Below are positions 23,576-35,588 of a DNA stretch of 64,000 nt, piece after piece (position 1 is the stretch's first letter; each line of letters opens with the position of its first letter). Source of the DNA: Octopus sinensis (taxonomy: Eukaryota); the NCBI RefSeq assembly GCF_006345805.1, contig NC_043005.1, positions 38,192,001 to 38,256,000 of the forward strand, in the 5' to 3' direction. A program made the position numbers and the translations under genes. The notes beneath the pieces were generated by a model that had not been told where the DNA came from, did not search any database, and saw only the letters and a program-made list of their open reading frames with translations.

Positions 23576-25944
23576 CACACACATTTAAAAATACATTCAT
23601 ATCTTAGGAGGCTTTGTAACATTTTTAACCAAGGCTGTGTATTTGCTGGTGGAAATTTTTAAATTAATGTTTTTCATGTTTTACTTTCATTTTAGTTATG
23701 GCTTCCCTGGTATGCTATGAGTTAGAAATATTCTACCTTGTTATACATGTATGTATAACATGTATGTATACCATACCTTATTATATATATATATATGTAT
23801 GTATTCTGAGTCAGATGAAGTGACAATGAATATTTTGGGAAGTGTTGGGAACAAAATCCAGAATTGAAAATAAGTTCTAAGAAAGTATGTGTGTGTGTGT
23901 GTTGTGTTTATAAATAGATAGACTTTTACATAAATATATTTGCCTATATATTTCGCCCTTTAAGAAGTAAAAAATTATGTGTGTATGTGTGTGTATATAT
24001 ATATCAATATATACACACACACATATGAAGCAATGCTTGAACATGTGTATATGCAATTGCATGCAAATATACACCGATGTAAAGTTATCTGTATACCTAC
24101 ATACTTACTCCTATATTTTCAAATTCACAGAGTATACACTTTCATAAACACCACTCACATAAGATTTATAATGTAAAACTACTCAGTCTGTTCAGTGAAG
24201 TTATTTTTAATTTTTGAAAAAATAAAAACTTTATTAATTTAGTTTGCATTCTATTTTATCTTGAAAAAAAAAATTTTTTTTTTTTTAATTTCTATTTCAG
24301 AAATATCCTTGTCATTCTTGTTTTATTTTCAAATTTTTTCTTAAATTCTCTAAATTTGTTTCTTTTGCTACTTTTCTATAAGACTTAGAAATTCTAAATT
24401 AGTTTTACATTGTACTCATTTTATTCCAATCATCTTTGAGTGATAGAGATGGTCCAGATAGAAAAGAATCTGTCAAAACACTTAACTGTATCAAATTTTG
24501 ATGGTTCAAAATTCTGATTTTAAAATTACATTGGCAACACATTAACTTCATCTGTTAACTACTCTCAGACAATTTCAATAAAATAGATACCTGTAACATA
24601 ACATGGTCCATTAATGCTTTAAAATTTGGCTGGGTGCTTCACTGAAAGAAGACATTTATTCTGAAATGATGATCATAATGATGATCATCATGATATTCTT
24701 TATCAATGTGCTCATCATCATCATCGACATCATTATCTAAACATTACAGCAACATTTCTGCAAAATGCCCATGTGTATCTGTGTTTTTTGTATATGGTTT
24801 GTGTATGTCAGTGTGTTTGAATGGTGGTGAAAGTTCTCTATGAAGAATTTTTGTGATTCATGCTGTTCTTTAAAGTTATTGAAATTATATTGACTCTAAA
24901 GAGTTGGGTATTTTATTGTATCTAGTCCGGTGCCATATATATCCCTTTCAAATATATTCAAATCTTAAATAAATAAATTTATTTATCTCTTATTTAGTCT
25001 TTTTTATCCTATTGATCGGAGGATATTCAATAAAAAAATATTACTATTATTATTTTGAAGCTGAATCAATTTATTTTACATTTCTCTCATGGGAAACAAG
25101 TAAGATACTTTGCTTTTTCATAACAGTTGATATTTTCTATTATAGTGCAGAGGTAAATCTTTGCACATTTAGACTATAATACAGTTTTGATTCCTCACTG
25201 GAATCATTTCTCTGACATCAATAGTGTAGAGTGGGTGGGGCCACAGGAGTAGTTGCTTTGGGTGCAAAATTTCAGAGCTTTGAAACCATGTGGCTATGAG
25301 TTCAATCTCAGCACAAACCTTGTTGGCTAATGTTCTATACTATGGCAACAGGCTGATCAATGCCTGATGAGTAAAACTGGTAAACAGAACCTAAAGAAGA
25401 ATATCATATGTGCATATGTGTGTGTATGTATGCTTGTATGTTCACTGGTATGCTTTATGCAGTACACTTTACCAAATATTTTTGACTCGGTATCCAGATT
25501 AATATTCTATACCCTATACCCATATTGCATTATAACCATATTATCCAATCAGGGAGAGGCTAGACTATTATAAATATGTGAAATGTATTTTGATTATAAT
25601 GTCTGAAAAGAATGGAATCTGGGTAACAATTTGTTACATAACCACTTGAAACATACATACACTCATACATGCACTCAAAATATTAAAAAATGGTTTTGTG
25701 CTGATTATATATGTGTGTCTTTGTGTGCTTATACATGCATTTCAGCAATGTAGTTATACACATGTTGCTGGCGATTTCTTGTCTTTCTTTGGACTTTTTC
25801 CTTTATCCTTTCCAATTAAGTTCTATGCTTGAAATGGCAAACTCTCTCATTTTGCTGACTGTCAACCTAATACATTCCTTGTGCACATCCTCTTGTTGTC
25901 TGTTAATTTTATTATTCATTTATATGAATTGACTATATATATAT

Positions 25945-26324
25945 GGAGGCGCAATGGCCCAGTGGTTAGGGCAGCGGACTCGCGGTCGTAGGATCGCGGT
26001 TTCGATTCCCTGACCGGGCATTGTGAGTGTTTATTGAGCGAAAACACCTAAAGCTTCACAAGGCTCCTGCAGGGGGTGGTGGTGAACCCTGCTGTACTTT
26101 TTCACCACAACTTTCTCTCACTCTTTCTTCCTGTTTCTGTTGTACCTGTATTTCAAAGGGCCAGCCTTGTCACACTCTGTGTCACGCTGAATCACCTTGA
26201 GAACTACGTTAAGAGTACACGTGTCTGTGGAATGCTCAGCCACTTGCACGTTAATTCCAAAAGGAAGCTGTTCCATTGATCGTATCAGCTGGGACCCTCA
26301 TCATCGTAACCGACGGAGTGCTCC
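25945..26324 (+). mobile_element. Full-length tRNA-derived SINE, family D, inserted in (TA)n
   Basis: A box TGGCCCAGTGG, B box GGTTTCGATTCC; high identity to 37238-37625. Confidence 0.92.
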
Positions 26325-27314
26325 TATATATATATATGTGTGTATGTGTTTGCCTCTGTGTGTGCCTGTGTGTATGCTTGAGTGAAGTGTCCTTGTTTTG
26401 ACATCGCCTTAGTAACAATTTGTTTATACACACACACACACATATATGTATACACACACAGGTGTGTTTGCCTCTGTGTGTGGGTGTGTACATATGTTTG
26501 TGTGAGTAAGTTTTCTGATAGAATAAAGGATTATTATATTACTTTAAAACAGGTGAAGGTTGATAAACAGTAAAAGCATGAGCTGAAGAAAATCAGCCTT
26601 AACAAATTTTATCAACCCACGTGTGCATGCAAATATGGACGTTAATGCAATGACAAGGATGATGATAAGGATGATGATGATAAATATAAAATGGTACACT
26701 GCCCTCCAGGACTTGCCTTGCCCCAGGCACTGACAACCAATATTATGCCAATGAACAATATTTTTGGTTAAGCCAGAGAAGCAGTTCCATCTTGGATACT
26801 CTAAAATATCCTAAAGACACAAAACTTTATCCATTTGCAGGAACCCATTATTGTTAAGTCCATTTATTTCTATAATAATTTGTGATAATTAAATTATAGG
26901 GCAATACAAATGAAACTCATTTTCCCAAATTATCGTGGTTAATTGGTTATAATTGAAATGATGGACCTGCTTCAAATATATCTTCTCTGGCAATTTTGTC
27001 AAATACTTGTCCTAATAAATTTGTGTTACATAATTAATGATCACATTACTCATTCTGTACATGTCATTCATAAACTACAGTCATAGCCCCATTTAATCTG
27101 ATTTATGCCCCGGATTTTTCAGTGAGTCTATAAAAAACTGACCTATGGCAAAGCAAATTTTTAAAACTTTGTCTTAAGTCTTTCAACTGCTTTCAAGCAA
27201 TTAGTTGAAAACTGGTTAGTTAATAACTTGGTAAATTTAATGAAAATTTCATCATAAAGAGTTATTTCTGAAATCTAGAAATATATTCAAATCAGTAGAA
27301 ACATATTATTACAC

Positions 27315-27507
27315 ACACACAGAATTATAGCTGTGTAGTTAAGAAGCTTGCTTCCCAACCATGTGGTTTCAGGTTCAGTCACACTGCTTGCCTCCTTGAG
27401 CAGGTGTCTTCTACTATAGTCCTGGCCAGCCAAAGCCTTGTGAGTAGATTCGAAAGATGGAAACTGTATATATGATGGGCTTCTTTTAGTTTCCATCTTC
27501 TGAATCT

Positions 27508-27515
<8 letters not shown>
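27315..27515 (+). mobile_element. Family A SINE head ending in a fold-back inversion
   Basis: Head matches 28072; 27440-27465 and 27488-27513 are inverted copies (24/26). Confidence 0.8.
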
Positions 27516-27559
<44 letters not shown>

Positions 27560-28071
27560 ATTTTGGCACAGGTATGTCAATATGGTCAAGAAATTTTCTT
27601 CACAACCACATGAATTAGGGTTCAGTCACACTGCATGGGACTTTAGCTAACACTCTTCTACCATAACATTCGCCTGACCAATGCTTTCGAAAGGGAATTT
27701 GATACACAGAAACCATGATGGTATCCATCATGTATGTATGTATGTGCGCATATATTGAGCTCACAGAGTTTAATTATTATCAAACACTTTAATGAAAAGA
27801 AATGTCTTGAATATAGGAATAATCACACACACCTACAAATATTGTGTCTTTTATCTTTTATATTTTACTTGTTTTAGTCATTTGATTGCAGCCATGCTGG
27901 GGTATGGCCTTGGATTTTTTTAGTCGAATGAATCAACCTGGTACTTATTCTATCAGTCTCTTTTGCCAAATCTCTAAGTTACAGGATACAAACACATTAA
28001 CACCAAGCGTTAGTGGGGTACAAACACAAACACACACACATCGTATATATATATATATATATATATATATA

Positions 28072-28490
28072 GGAGTGGCTGTGTGGTAAGTAGCTTGCTT
28101 ACCAACCACATGGTTCTGGGTTCAGTCCCACTGTGTGGCACCTTGGGCAAGTGTCTTCTACTATAGCCTTGGGCCAACCAAAGCCTTGTGAGTGGATTTG
28201 GTAGACGGAAACTGAAACAAGCCCATTGTATATATGTGTATATATATATATATGTGTATGTGTGTGTGTGTATGTATGTTTGTGTGTCTGTGTTTGTTCC
28301 CACAACATCACTTGACAACCGATGCTGGTGTGTTTACGTCCCTGTAACTTATTGGTTCAGCAAAAGAGACTGATAGAATAAGTACTAGGCTTACAAAGAA
28401 TAAGTCCTGGGGTTGATTTGCTCGACTAAAGGGAGTGCTCCAGCATGATCACAGTCAAATAAATGAAACAAGTAAAAGAGTAAAGAGAAA
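28072..28490 (+). mobile_element. Full-length family A SINE, low divergence
   Basis: GGAGTGGCTGTGTGGTAAGTAGCTTGCTTACCAACCACATGGTTCTGGGTTCAGTCCC...(TA)n...GAAACAAGTAAAAGAG tail. Confidence 0.92.
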
Positions 28491-28496
28491 AAAGAG

Positions 28497-28519
<23 letters not shown>

Positions 28520-28529
<10 letters not shown>

Positions 28530-28682
28530 AGCTTCTTTCAATTTCCATCTACTAAATCCACTCACATGTCTTTGGTTTCATCAAGGCTATAGTAGCAGAC
28601 ACATACATAAGGTATCACACAGTGAGACTGAACCTGGAACCATGTGGTTGGCAAGCAAGCATCTTAACACACAGCCATGTCT
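28520..28682 (-). mobile_element. Family A SINE 5' half
   Basis: Reverse complement of 28072-28235. Confidence 0.85.
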
Positions 28683-28784
28683 GTGTATGTATGTGCGAAT
28701 GTGTTCTCGAATACTCACTGGTAGTAAGCATAGATGTATATTTTTAATTTTAGGGTGTAATTTGAACGCTACAAATTTTTTCAG

Positions 28785-28934
28785 ATTGTATGCAGCTCAA
28801 GTCTAGATTCCCAAGATTTCTATAAAGCCACAGCAGCAGTCTTGTATGCCCAACAGCAGTGTATCGCCGTGGGCTCTCTGTCTCTAACAGATGAGGAAAG
28901 AGATATAGTAACGAGCATTTCAATAGAAACATGA
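28785..28934 (+). CDS. Candidate stop-containing exon, IVCSSSLDSQDFYKATAAVLYAQQQCIAVGSLSLTDEERDIVTSISIET* (phase 0)
   Basis: aattttttcAG acceptor, 49 open codons, locally raised GC, unique sequence; possible donor GAAA|GTGGGT just after the stop. Confidence 0.35.
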   Translation: MVCSSSLDSQDFYKATAAVLYAQQQCIAVGSLSLTDEERDIVTSISIET

Positions 28935-29289
28935 AAGTGGGTAAAAAAAATAATAATAGTCAAAAAGAATGTGAGCATTTTGTGAATATATTCATAAAAT
29001 ATAGATAAAATATATAACAGAAAGAAATATTACTTGTTCCACTGCAATATGTTTTGACATAATCTTGAAGAGACATTTCGTAAAAGTTTAACTTCAGTTA
29101 AGTTTGCTATTTTAATATATATTCTGTGTATATATATATATATATATATTGCATTTTGAAAAATTTCTATACATGAGTGAGTGTTTGTGTAACTATTGTG
29201 CATATGTGTATGTTTGTGTATATATAAATATATCTTTTTGATGGTAGAAAAAAAACTATGTACACACTATTTGTAAGGTGTAGATATAT

Positions 29290-29700
29290 GTGCATGTATG
29301 CATATATATATATGTATGTGTGTGTGTGTTTATGTATGTATATCTATGTAAGTGTATTTATATATATATATATATGTGTGCGTATATATTTCATATACAT
29401 ATGTATATAATATATATGTACACACACACACACAAACATATATACATGTACATACACACACACACATATATATACATGTACATACACACACACATATATA
29501 TGTATGTATATACAAGCTTGTTTGTGTTATGCTGTGTCAGAATACATTTACATGTGTAGATATACAGTTATGAACACATTTATAGACTAGATATTTGTGT
29601 GTACATTTATACATATAAACATGAAAGTCTTCGTGTGTACATGTGTATGTATGTATGAATGTATGTGCGTGTGTGTGTCGCTCTATATATATATGCAATT
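29290..29700. repeat. Compound TA/CA/TG microsatellite
   Basis: Directly visible. Confidence 0.9.
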
Positions 29701-30249
29701 CTAAAATAGTTGTTTGTTCTCCTTTTTTATTTTCTTTTGTTCATTATATTTGTCCTTAGAAATGTTTTGTGTGTCTAAATATAACTGCAAAAGACATTTA
29801 GTTAAAATGAAGATTTCAAAACTAAACTATGATAGTAATATCAAACTCTTCATATTCAACTATCCGCTTCCATATATAAATATGTGTGTGTGTGTAGTGT
29901 ATATGTGTGTGTGTGCATATGTGTGTCAGTGATCAATCTCATATGTGTGCATTGAATATATGCCTACATGTGAGTAGTTGTCTTTCCTCATATTTATTGT
30001 TCAGTTTTTTAATCTATATATAATATGGACATATGTGTATGCTTGTGTGTGCATATATATATATGTATGTATGTAATGAAAAAGCATCAAAGAAAATCTA
30101 TAAATGGTAGGATATATATATACATACACATTTACACACATGTTTCTATATATATGCATATATCTTGTCATTTATAGATTTTCTCTGGTGCTTCTTTCTG
30201 TTTGCCTTGCTTTCTCTATCTTTTTGAAGATTTATCAATGCACCAACAT

Positions 30250-30280
<31 letters not shown>

Positions 30281-30480
30281 TATGTGCATACACTTCACTC
30301 ATTCTCTCTCTTTCTCTTACATATACATATACATCCGCATTATGTAAAATTAGATTCTCTCTTGAAACCAACCTCCAGGGAGAACAAGCGTTGTGAAATA
30401 GAATGTAATTTCCCAGCCAGCTGAGTCCAAGACATGGTTTTTATTCCTGGTTCTAACTAATTCACTTCTCTTTCAATCAG

Positions 30481-30567
30481 CTATGCACTCAGGAGAAGTG
30501 TGTGCATGTCACATCTTCTTTCTCCTCCTTAGTTCTCTCTGAAATTCTTCGGCTGCTCCAAGTCTAA
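30481..30567 (+). CDS. Candidate stop-containing exon, LCTQEKCVHVTSSFSSLVLSEILRLLQV* (phase 0)
   Basis: CTAAC/CTAAT branch point plus tcacttctctttcaatcAG; possible GTAAGT donor at 30664. Confidence 0.3.
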   Translation, partial: LCTQEKCVHVTSSFSSLVLSEILRLLQV

Positions 30568-30799
30568 CTGGATAACACGACAACAAGAATCTACTCCTGT
30601 ATATCTTCCAGAGACAGAATGAGAAGAAATACTGTTTTTTTTTTATTGTTTTACTTTATTTAAGTAAGTGTGTGAAAACGTATGTGTGTGTGTGTGTGTG
30701 CACGTGCATATATATATATATATATATATATGTGTATACATACATGCACACACACATATATGTGCACACTCATACATACACTTATGCCAATATTAATCT

Positions 30800-31370
30800 A
30801 TTACATCATCATCGTCAGTGTCTTGTTACAATTATTGGTGCCACCATCATTATCACTACCACCCCCACCATCATCTTCATCATCACTGTCATCATCCTTG
30901 ATCTTTTGTTGGTTCCATCTTTGTTGTCATTGTCATCATAGCTTCCAAAGTTATCACTTTCTTTGCTCTTCATCATATCAGATATATTATCAGTTCTTTT
31001 ATCACTATCGTCATCATCATCATCATCACAATCCTTATAATGAGCCTTTTTATCATTTGTCTACATAATCATCTTCATAATCATCCTTTTTGTCATCAAG
31101 ATTCTTATCACTGTCATTGTTGTTGTCATCAACAGCCTTTATAAATGTCATTGACATCAACGTCCTTAACAGCACTGGCATCATCATCATCATGCACAGT
31201 ATCAATATGAACATAATCATCAGCCTTATTATTATCATCATCATCATCATAATTGATCATTATGTCAACCTTCTTCTTTGCCTCCTCCTCCTCCTTTGTC
31301 TTCATCCTCTAATCAACATTGTCGTTATCTTTGTCATCATCCTGTAACTATCATCATCATCATCATCTGC
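30800..31370. repeat. Degenerate (CAT)n tract
   Basis: Directly visible. Confidence 0.9.
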
Positions 31371-32812
31371 AATAACAATTATCTGCCAACATAATTTGCT
31401 AAGGTTTTCATTCAAATTAGTTTTGCTTCATCGCTGTTTACTACTTTTGAATGTTCTCTTACACACCATTCAGTATACTCTGTACCTGTGTATATGCATA
31501 CATAGTTATGTATGAATATGCTTGTATGTTTATGCTAATCTGTCTTTTGTTAATTTCTTAGTTTTAACAGAACTACAACATTCATTAATATTTATTATAA
31601 TTTTCTCATGAATTTTCAACTTCCATCTGTTTTTTTTTCGTTTTTTTCTATTTTCTTTCTTCCCCATCCTTTTCCAATTATCATTATTACAAATGCTATT
31701 ATAATTATTATTAGAAACAACTGTGGTTGGCTAGAATCAGAGCAATGCCAGATAAAATGAAAAGGCATTATTTATTTACCTTCCTCTACAATCCAAGTTC
31801 AAACCTTCTCAGGGTCAGCTTTTGTCTCCCGTTCTTTTGCTTCAATAAAATGAAGAACCACCCAATTACTGAAACAATATGACTGATTATTTGATTTCTT
31901 CCTAAATTTATAGTTGGTCACAAAAACAAAAAAACAAAAAAACTCAATAAATTCTAGAAAGTGGATTTCAGTAAGATGGGTGTCAAGCTGTAGCAACCAT
32001 GCCAAAGTAGAAACTGGGGCATGCTGCAGTCTTTGGAACCACCAGATCTTGTCAAAACCACCCCACCCATGCCAGCATGAAACACTGACATTAAATAATG
32101 ATGATGGTGGTGATAATGATGATGATGATGATGATGTTATTCTGCTTGACTGATAATGGAAGTTTCAGTGTCATAGTTTAAACAATCTTAACTATGGAAG
32201 GATACTTAAGACAAAATTGAAGCCTATAATACAGTATATGAAGTGTAAGTTAAAATGTAACAACATAACCTTGAAACTATGGAACAAAACTGTAGATATA
32301 ATCAAAGTCTGTCAGCATTCTCAAACAAGTTTGACTGTTATGCCTTAAACAATGTTAACTATGGAGCACAATCAAAGACATAACTGAGACATTTAACTCA
32401 TTGGAATGTTGCTGTAAGGCTCTTTAAATCTATGAATCAAAATAAAAATATGAAAATTTATAAATCATGGAATTTCAATGAAGTTTATTAGTTATTATTA
32501 AGGGTGCTAGAGGGTGATGGTTTCTAATTCAAAGCAGAATTTCCCTATATTTTCTTTTCATACCCTTACATTTCTGAGTCCAATTTACATTTGTGTTAGG
32601 TTATTAGTTGTTAATTATATATTAAAATCAGTTCAGTCAAATACATCTTACATCTTCTCAATAGCAGAGGCTGTCTAAATAATTTTATACAACATCAGGC
32701 ATAGTACAAAACTAGGAAGAGCACATATATATGACCCACAATATACATAGATTCGCATTGGGTCTCCTAGACAAGTCATGCACCTAGGTAACTTAGTGTA
32801 CCCATGTCTTAA

Positions 32813-33018
32813 CCCTTTAACATTTAGATTATTCAGTCAAATATAATGCTTATCTATTCACAGTTTTGAATTAATCATGCTTTATGTTGTAGCTTCAATA
32901 TGATGTAATGATGTGATTGTTTACTTTTAGAATAACATTGTAGGTTAGGTGTGAGAGACCAGAACATAAGATGGGTAAAATATTTGTGCCAAATATTGCT
33001 GGATTAAATGCCAAAGGG
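32813..33018. mobile_element. piggyBac-type MITE
   Basis: TTAA|CCCTTTAACATTTA ... TAAATGCCAAAGGG|TTAA: TTAA duplication at 32809-32812 and 33019-33022, imperfect TIRs starting CCC. Confidence 0.85.
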
Positions 33019-33649
33019 TTAAAATGGTACTCCCCAAAGGGAATTGTTTATAGAGCTATTTTATGGTAGTTTCTTTTTGTTTTTAAACTAAATACCTTAT
33101 TTTCATATTAAAAATTCTTCGAGAATTAGCTTTTCCATTTGTCCTTCGAAGGATTTTAAATCAAGCAGCAGTAATAGTATTAAGCTAATTTAATCACCAA
33201 TATTTTCTCACAAAAAAAAAAAAAGGAAATGACTTTATGCCTAATTAAAAAAAAAGTTGATTCAATTAATAGTATTGTAACACTATGATTTCAACAAATG
33301 AGGTTTAACACCCAGTTTCAATTCCTTCCAGAACATCACTTCAATTATGTGTAATTTTGTCACTAATGGTGTTTCCAATGCCTTTGAGAGTGGCATGAAA
33401 GTCACAATTAGCAACTATACTTCCCTTAAGAATACAAGACAGAAAGTACTTATCAGAATTCTTTAATAATACTTTAGAATTATTACTGTGGCAGATGTTA
33501 TTATATAGTAAAATTCTTGGCAAAATGAATCTACAATTTGGAATTAAGTTCCTGATTCAAACTCCCTAGCATTATACGATATTTTCTCCCCTCATTATAA
33601 CTATTTTGGCTGACTTTAGTTCAGGATTATTACTCACTTATTTATTTTT

Positions 33650-34005
33650 TGCTACCTGGCTGTTAGATCAAAAAGTTTGCTTCCCAGTGTTACAGTTCGG
33701 AGTTTGGTCTCATTCTGTGGCAACTTGGGCAAGTGTCTTCTACTAAGTCCCTGGACTGACCAATGCCTTGTGAATGGATTTAGTAGATGAAAACTGAAAG
33801 AAGCCTTTCATGTGTATGTCGTAGTTGTTAATGAGTGTCACAGTGTCATTTCTAATATTCTACAAGAACATGTCTAGCCATGAAGAAATACAGGTGAGGG
33901 TTGGCAACAGGAAGGGTATCCAGCTGTAGAAAATGTGTCTCAATAAACTCCATCCAACCTATGCAAGCATGGAAAATGAACATTACATTTATGATGATGA
34001 CAATG
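33650..34005 (+). mobile_element. Family A-headed SINE with family C-like tail
   Basis: CTTGGGCAAGTGTCTTCTAC...CCTTGTGAATGGATTT...GCAAGCATGGAAAA..(GAT)n. Confidence 0.8.
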
Positions 34006-34061
34006 ATGATGCTCCTTCTTTAACTTCCTTTTTATTTTTGTTTTTGTCTTTCTCTTTTCAG

Positions 34062-34077
34062 ACTCTTTATGATAATG
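34062..34077 (+). CDS. Candidate 16-nt microexon, ACTCTTTATGATAATG (TLYDN+G, or xLFMIM)
   Basis: Pyrimidine tract of about 45 nt ending ctcttttcAG; donor G|GTAATA. Confidence 0.4.
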
Positions 34078-34326
34078 GTAATAAGTAATTAATAATGAAA
34101 AATTAATAAAAATGATAATAATAATATTAATAATAATACTGATAATAAATATTTATGATGATGATGATGATGATGTAAATAAAAACAGCTATAATTAATG
34201 ATAAACTATATTTAAAAAAGAAAAAAAATCAAAACCAGTATTTAACAGTTCCTTTTTGTTTTTTTATACCTTTTTTCGTTATTATTTTATATTTTTCTTC
34301 ATTTTTATTTTTTCCCCATCTGATAG

Positions 34327-34350
34327 GAAGTGAACTACCTGTCACCAAAG
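34327..34350 (+). CDS. Candidate 24-nt microexon, GAAGTGAACTACCTGTCACCAAAG (GSELPVTK or EVNYLSPK)
   Basis: T-rich tract of about 65 nt then ccccatctgatAG; AAG|GTAAAT donor; TE-free flanks. Confidence 0.5.
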
Positions 34351-35263
34351 GTAAATACGATCTGATATATTGAATGAAAAAAAAACTCTTCTACCAGAGT
34401 TCATCTTGAGCATGTGTAAAGAAAAAAAAAATTGTCTGACGCACGACAGCAACATTACAAGCAGTATCATGTAGTTTAACACGCCACATTCAGATATTGA
34501 GTGCTTCACACCTTCAGTTAACTGGTTTTTTTCTTTTTTGGATTTTGTTTTTGTTTCTTTTCCTTTTTCTTTTTACTTAACTACTTATTTATTTTTGGCC
34601 AAAACTTTTGCAAAACGAGGATGTTTCTAATTTATTAGGACTCTATGTGTGTGTATGTGTAGGCATGTATATGTGTGTGTGTGTGTGAGCACACATAGAT
34701 GCATACATATATGAATATGTATATATATATATATATGTATACATATGCATACATGCACATACATATACCTATGCAAATGCAAGAACTATATGTATGCATA
34801 TATATATATATATCAACATTCTAACAACTCAGTCTCCTGACCACTGGAGTAGTTTATTAAATAAATTTGGGTTTTTTTTTTTTGTTATTTTGTATTAATA
34901 GACTTTAGATGCTGACTGATTAGACTAATAAATAAATGGGAGATAGATATTTGACTAAAATAGAGAAAACACATTGCCCATATATGTCAGATTGATTAAA
35001 GAATAATTAGAAACATTGCCTGTTGAGTAAATACAAAGACTGATGCAATGTGGCAGTAGATGACAGACTGACTGAATACAGGAGATATGGACAGTGTTCA
35101 GAATATGTTACAGTGGTCGGGACAAGCTATGAATTTTGACTGATTATAGATAGGAAGCTCTGTGGTTGAGAACTTTTCCTTTGAAATTACACATCATGGT
35201 TTGGAATTGAAATACACTGCAAGTACCTTTTACTATAGCTTGAAGTCATTTTTTTTTAATGAC

Positions 35264-35588
35264 CAGTGGTTCTCAAGCATGGTCCATGTAAGACTTTTGG
35301 GGGTCCACGCAAACAAAACAGTATATTGGGGATCCACAGTGGTTTATTAAGGGTCCGTGAAAACATTTTGCTTCAGATGTATTTAATGCAAGAAACAGCT
35401 AGGTTTCTTTCCCTAATGTTTTACACAGTCCAACCTATAGAAATTAATGTGTGAAAAGCAGAATAGGAATTTTGAAGAAATTTTTATAAAACTAGTTTTT
35501 AAACATTGAATGGCTTCAGGGGTCCACCAGAATAGAATTGTAATCAAAATGGCTTCATAGATTAAAAAACAATGGTTTTGAACCACTG
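35264..35588. mobile_element. hAT-type MITE
   Basis: TIRs CAGTGGTTCTCAA ... TTGAACCACTG; 8-bp TSD TTAATGAC/TTAATGGC (7/8). Confidence 0.85.

Noticed and set aside
25945-26020. tRNA gene (also at 37240)
   Set aside because: A and B boxes are present but the sequence continues into a 300-nt repeated body with a TSD; these are SINE heads.
28900-28934. SIET* resembling the Shaker C-terminal SIETDV
   Set aside because: It lacks DV and there is no other Kv similarity.
31780-31870. Minus-strand exon NWVVLHFIEAKERETKADPEK with good splice sites
   Set aside because: The plus strand aligns to a decayed family B SINE, and all frames stop before the strong donor.
17029-34350. Assigning the host gene to PMCA (KDEKKK; VSNAFESG), SLC4 (HLLER; DN|GS) or NCX microexon clusters
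   Set aside because: The matches are short, and the large conserved exons these genes require between or around such sites are absent; no gene symbol given.
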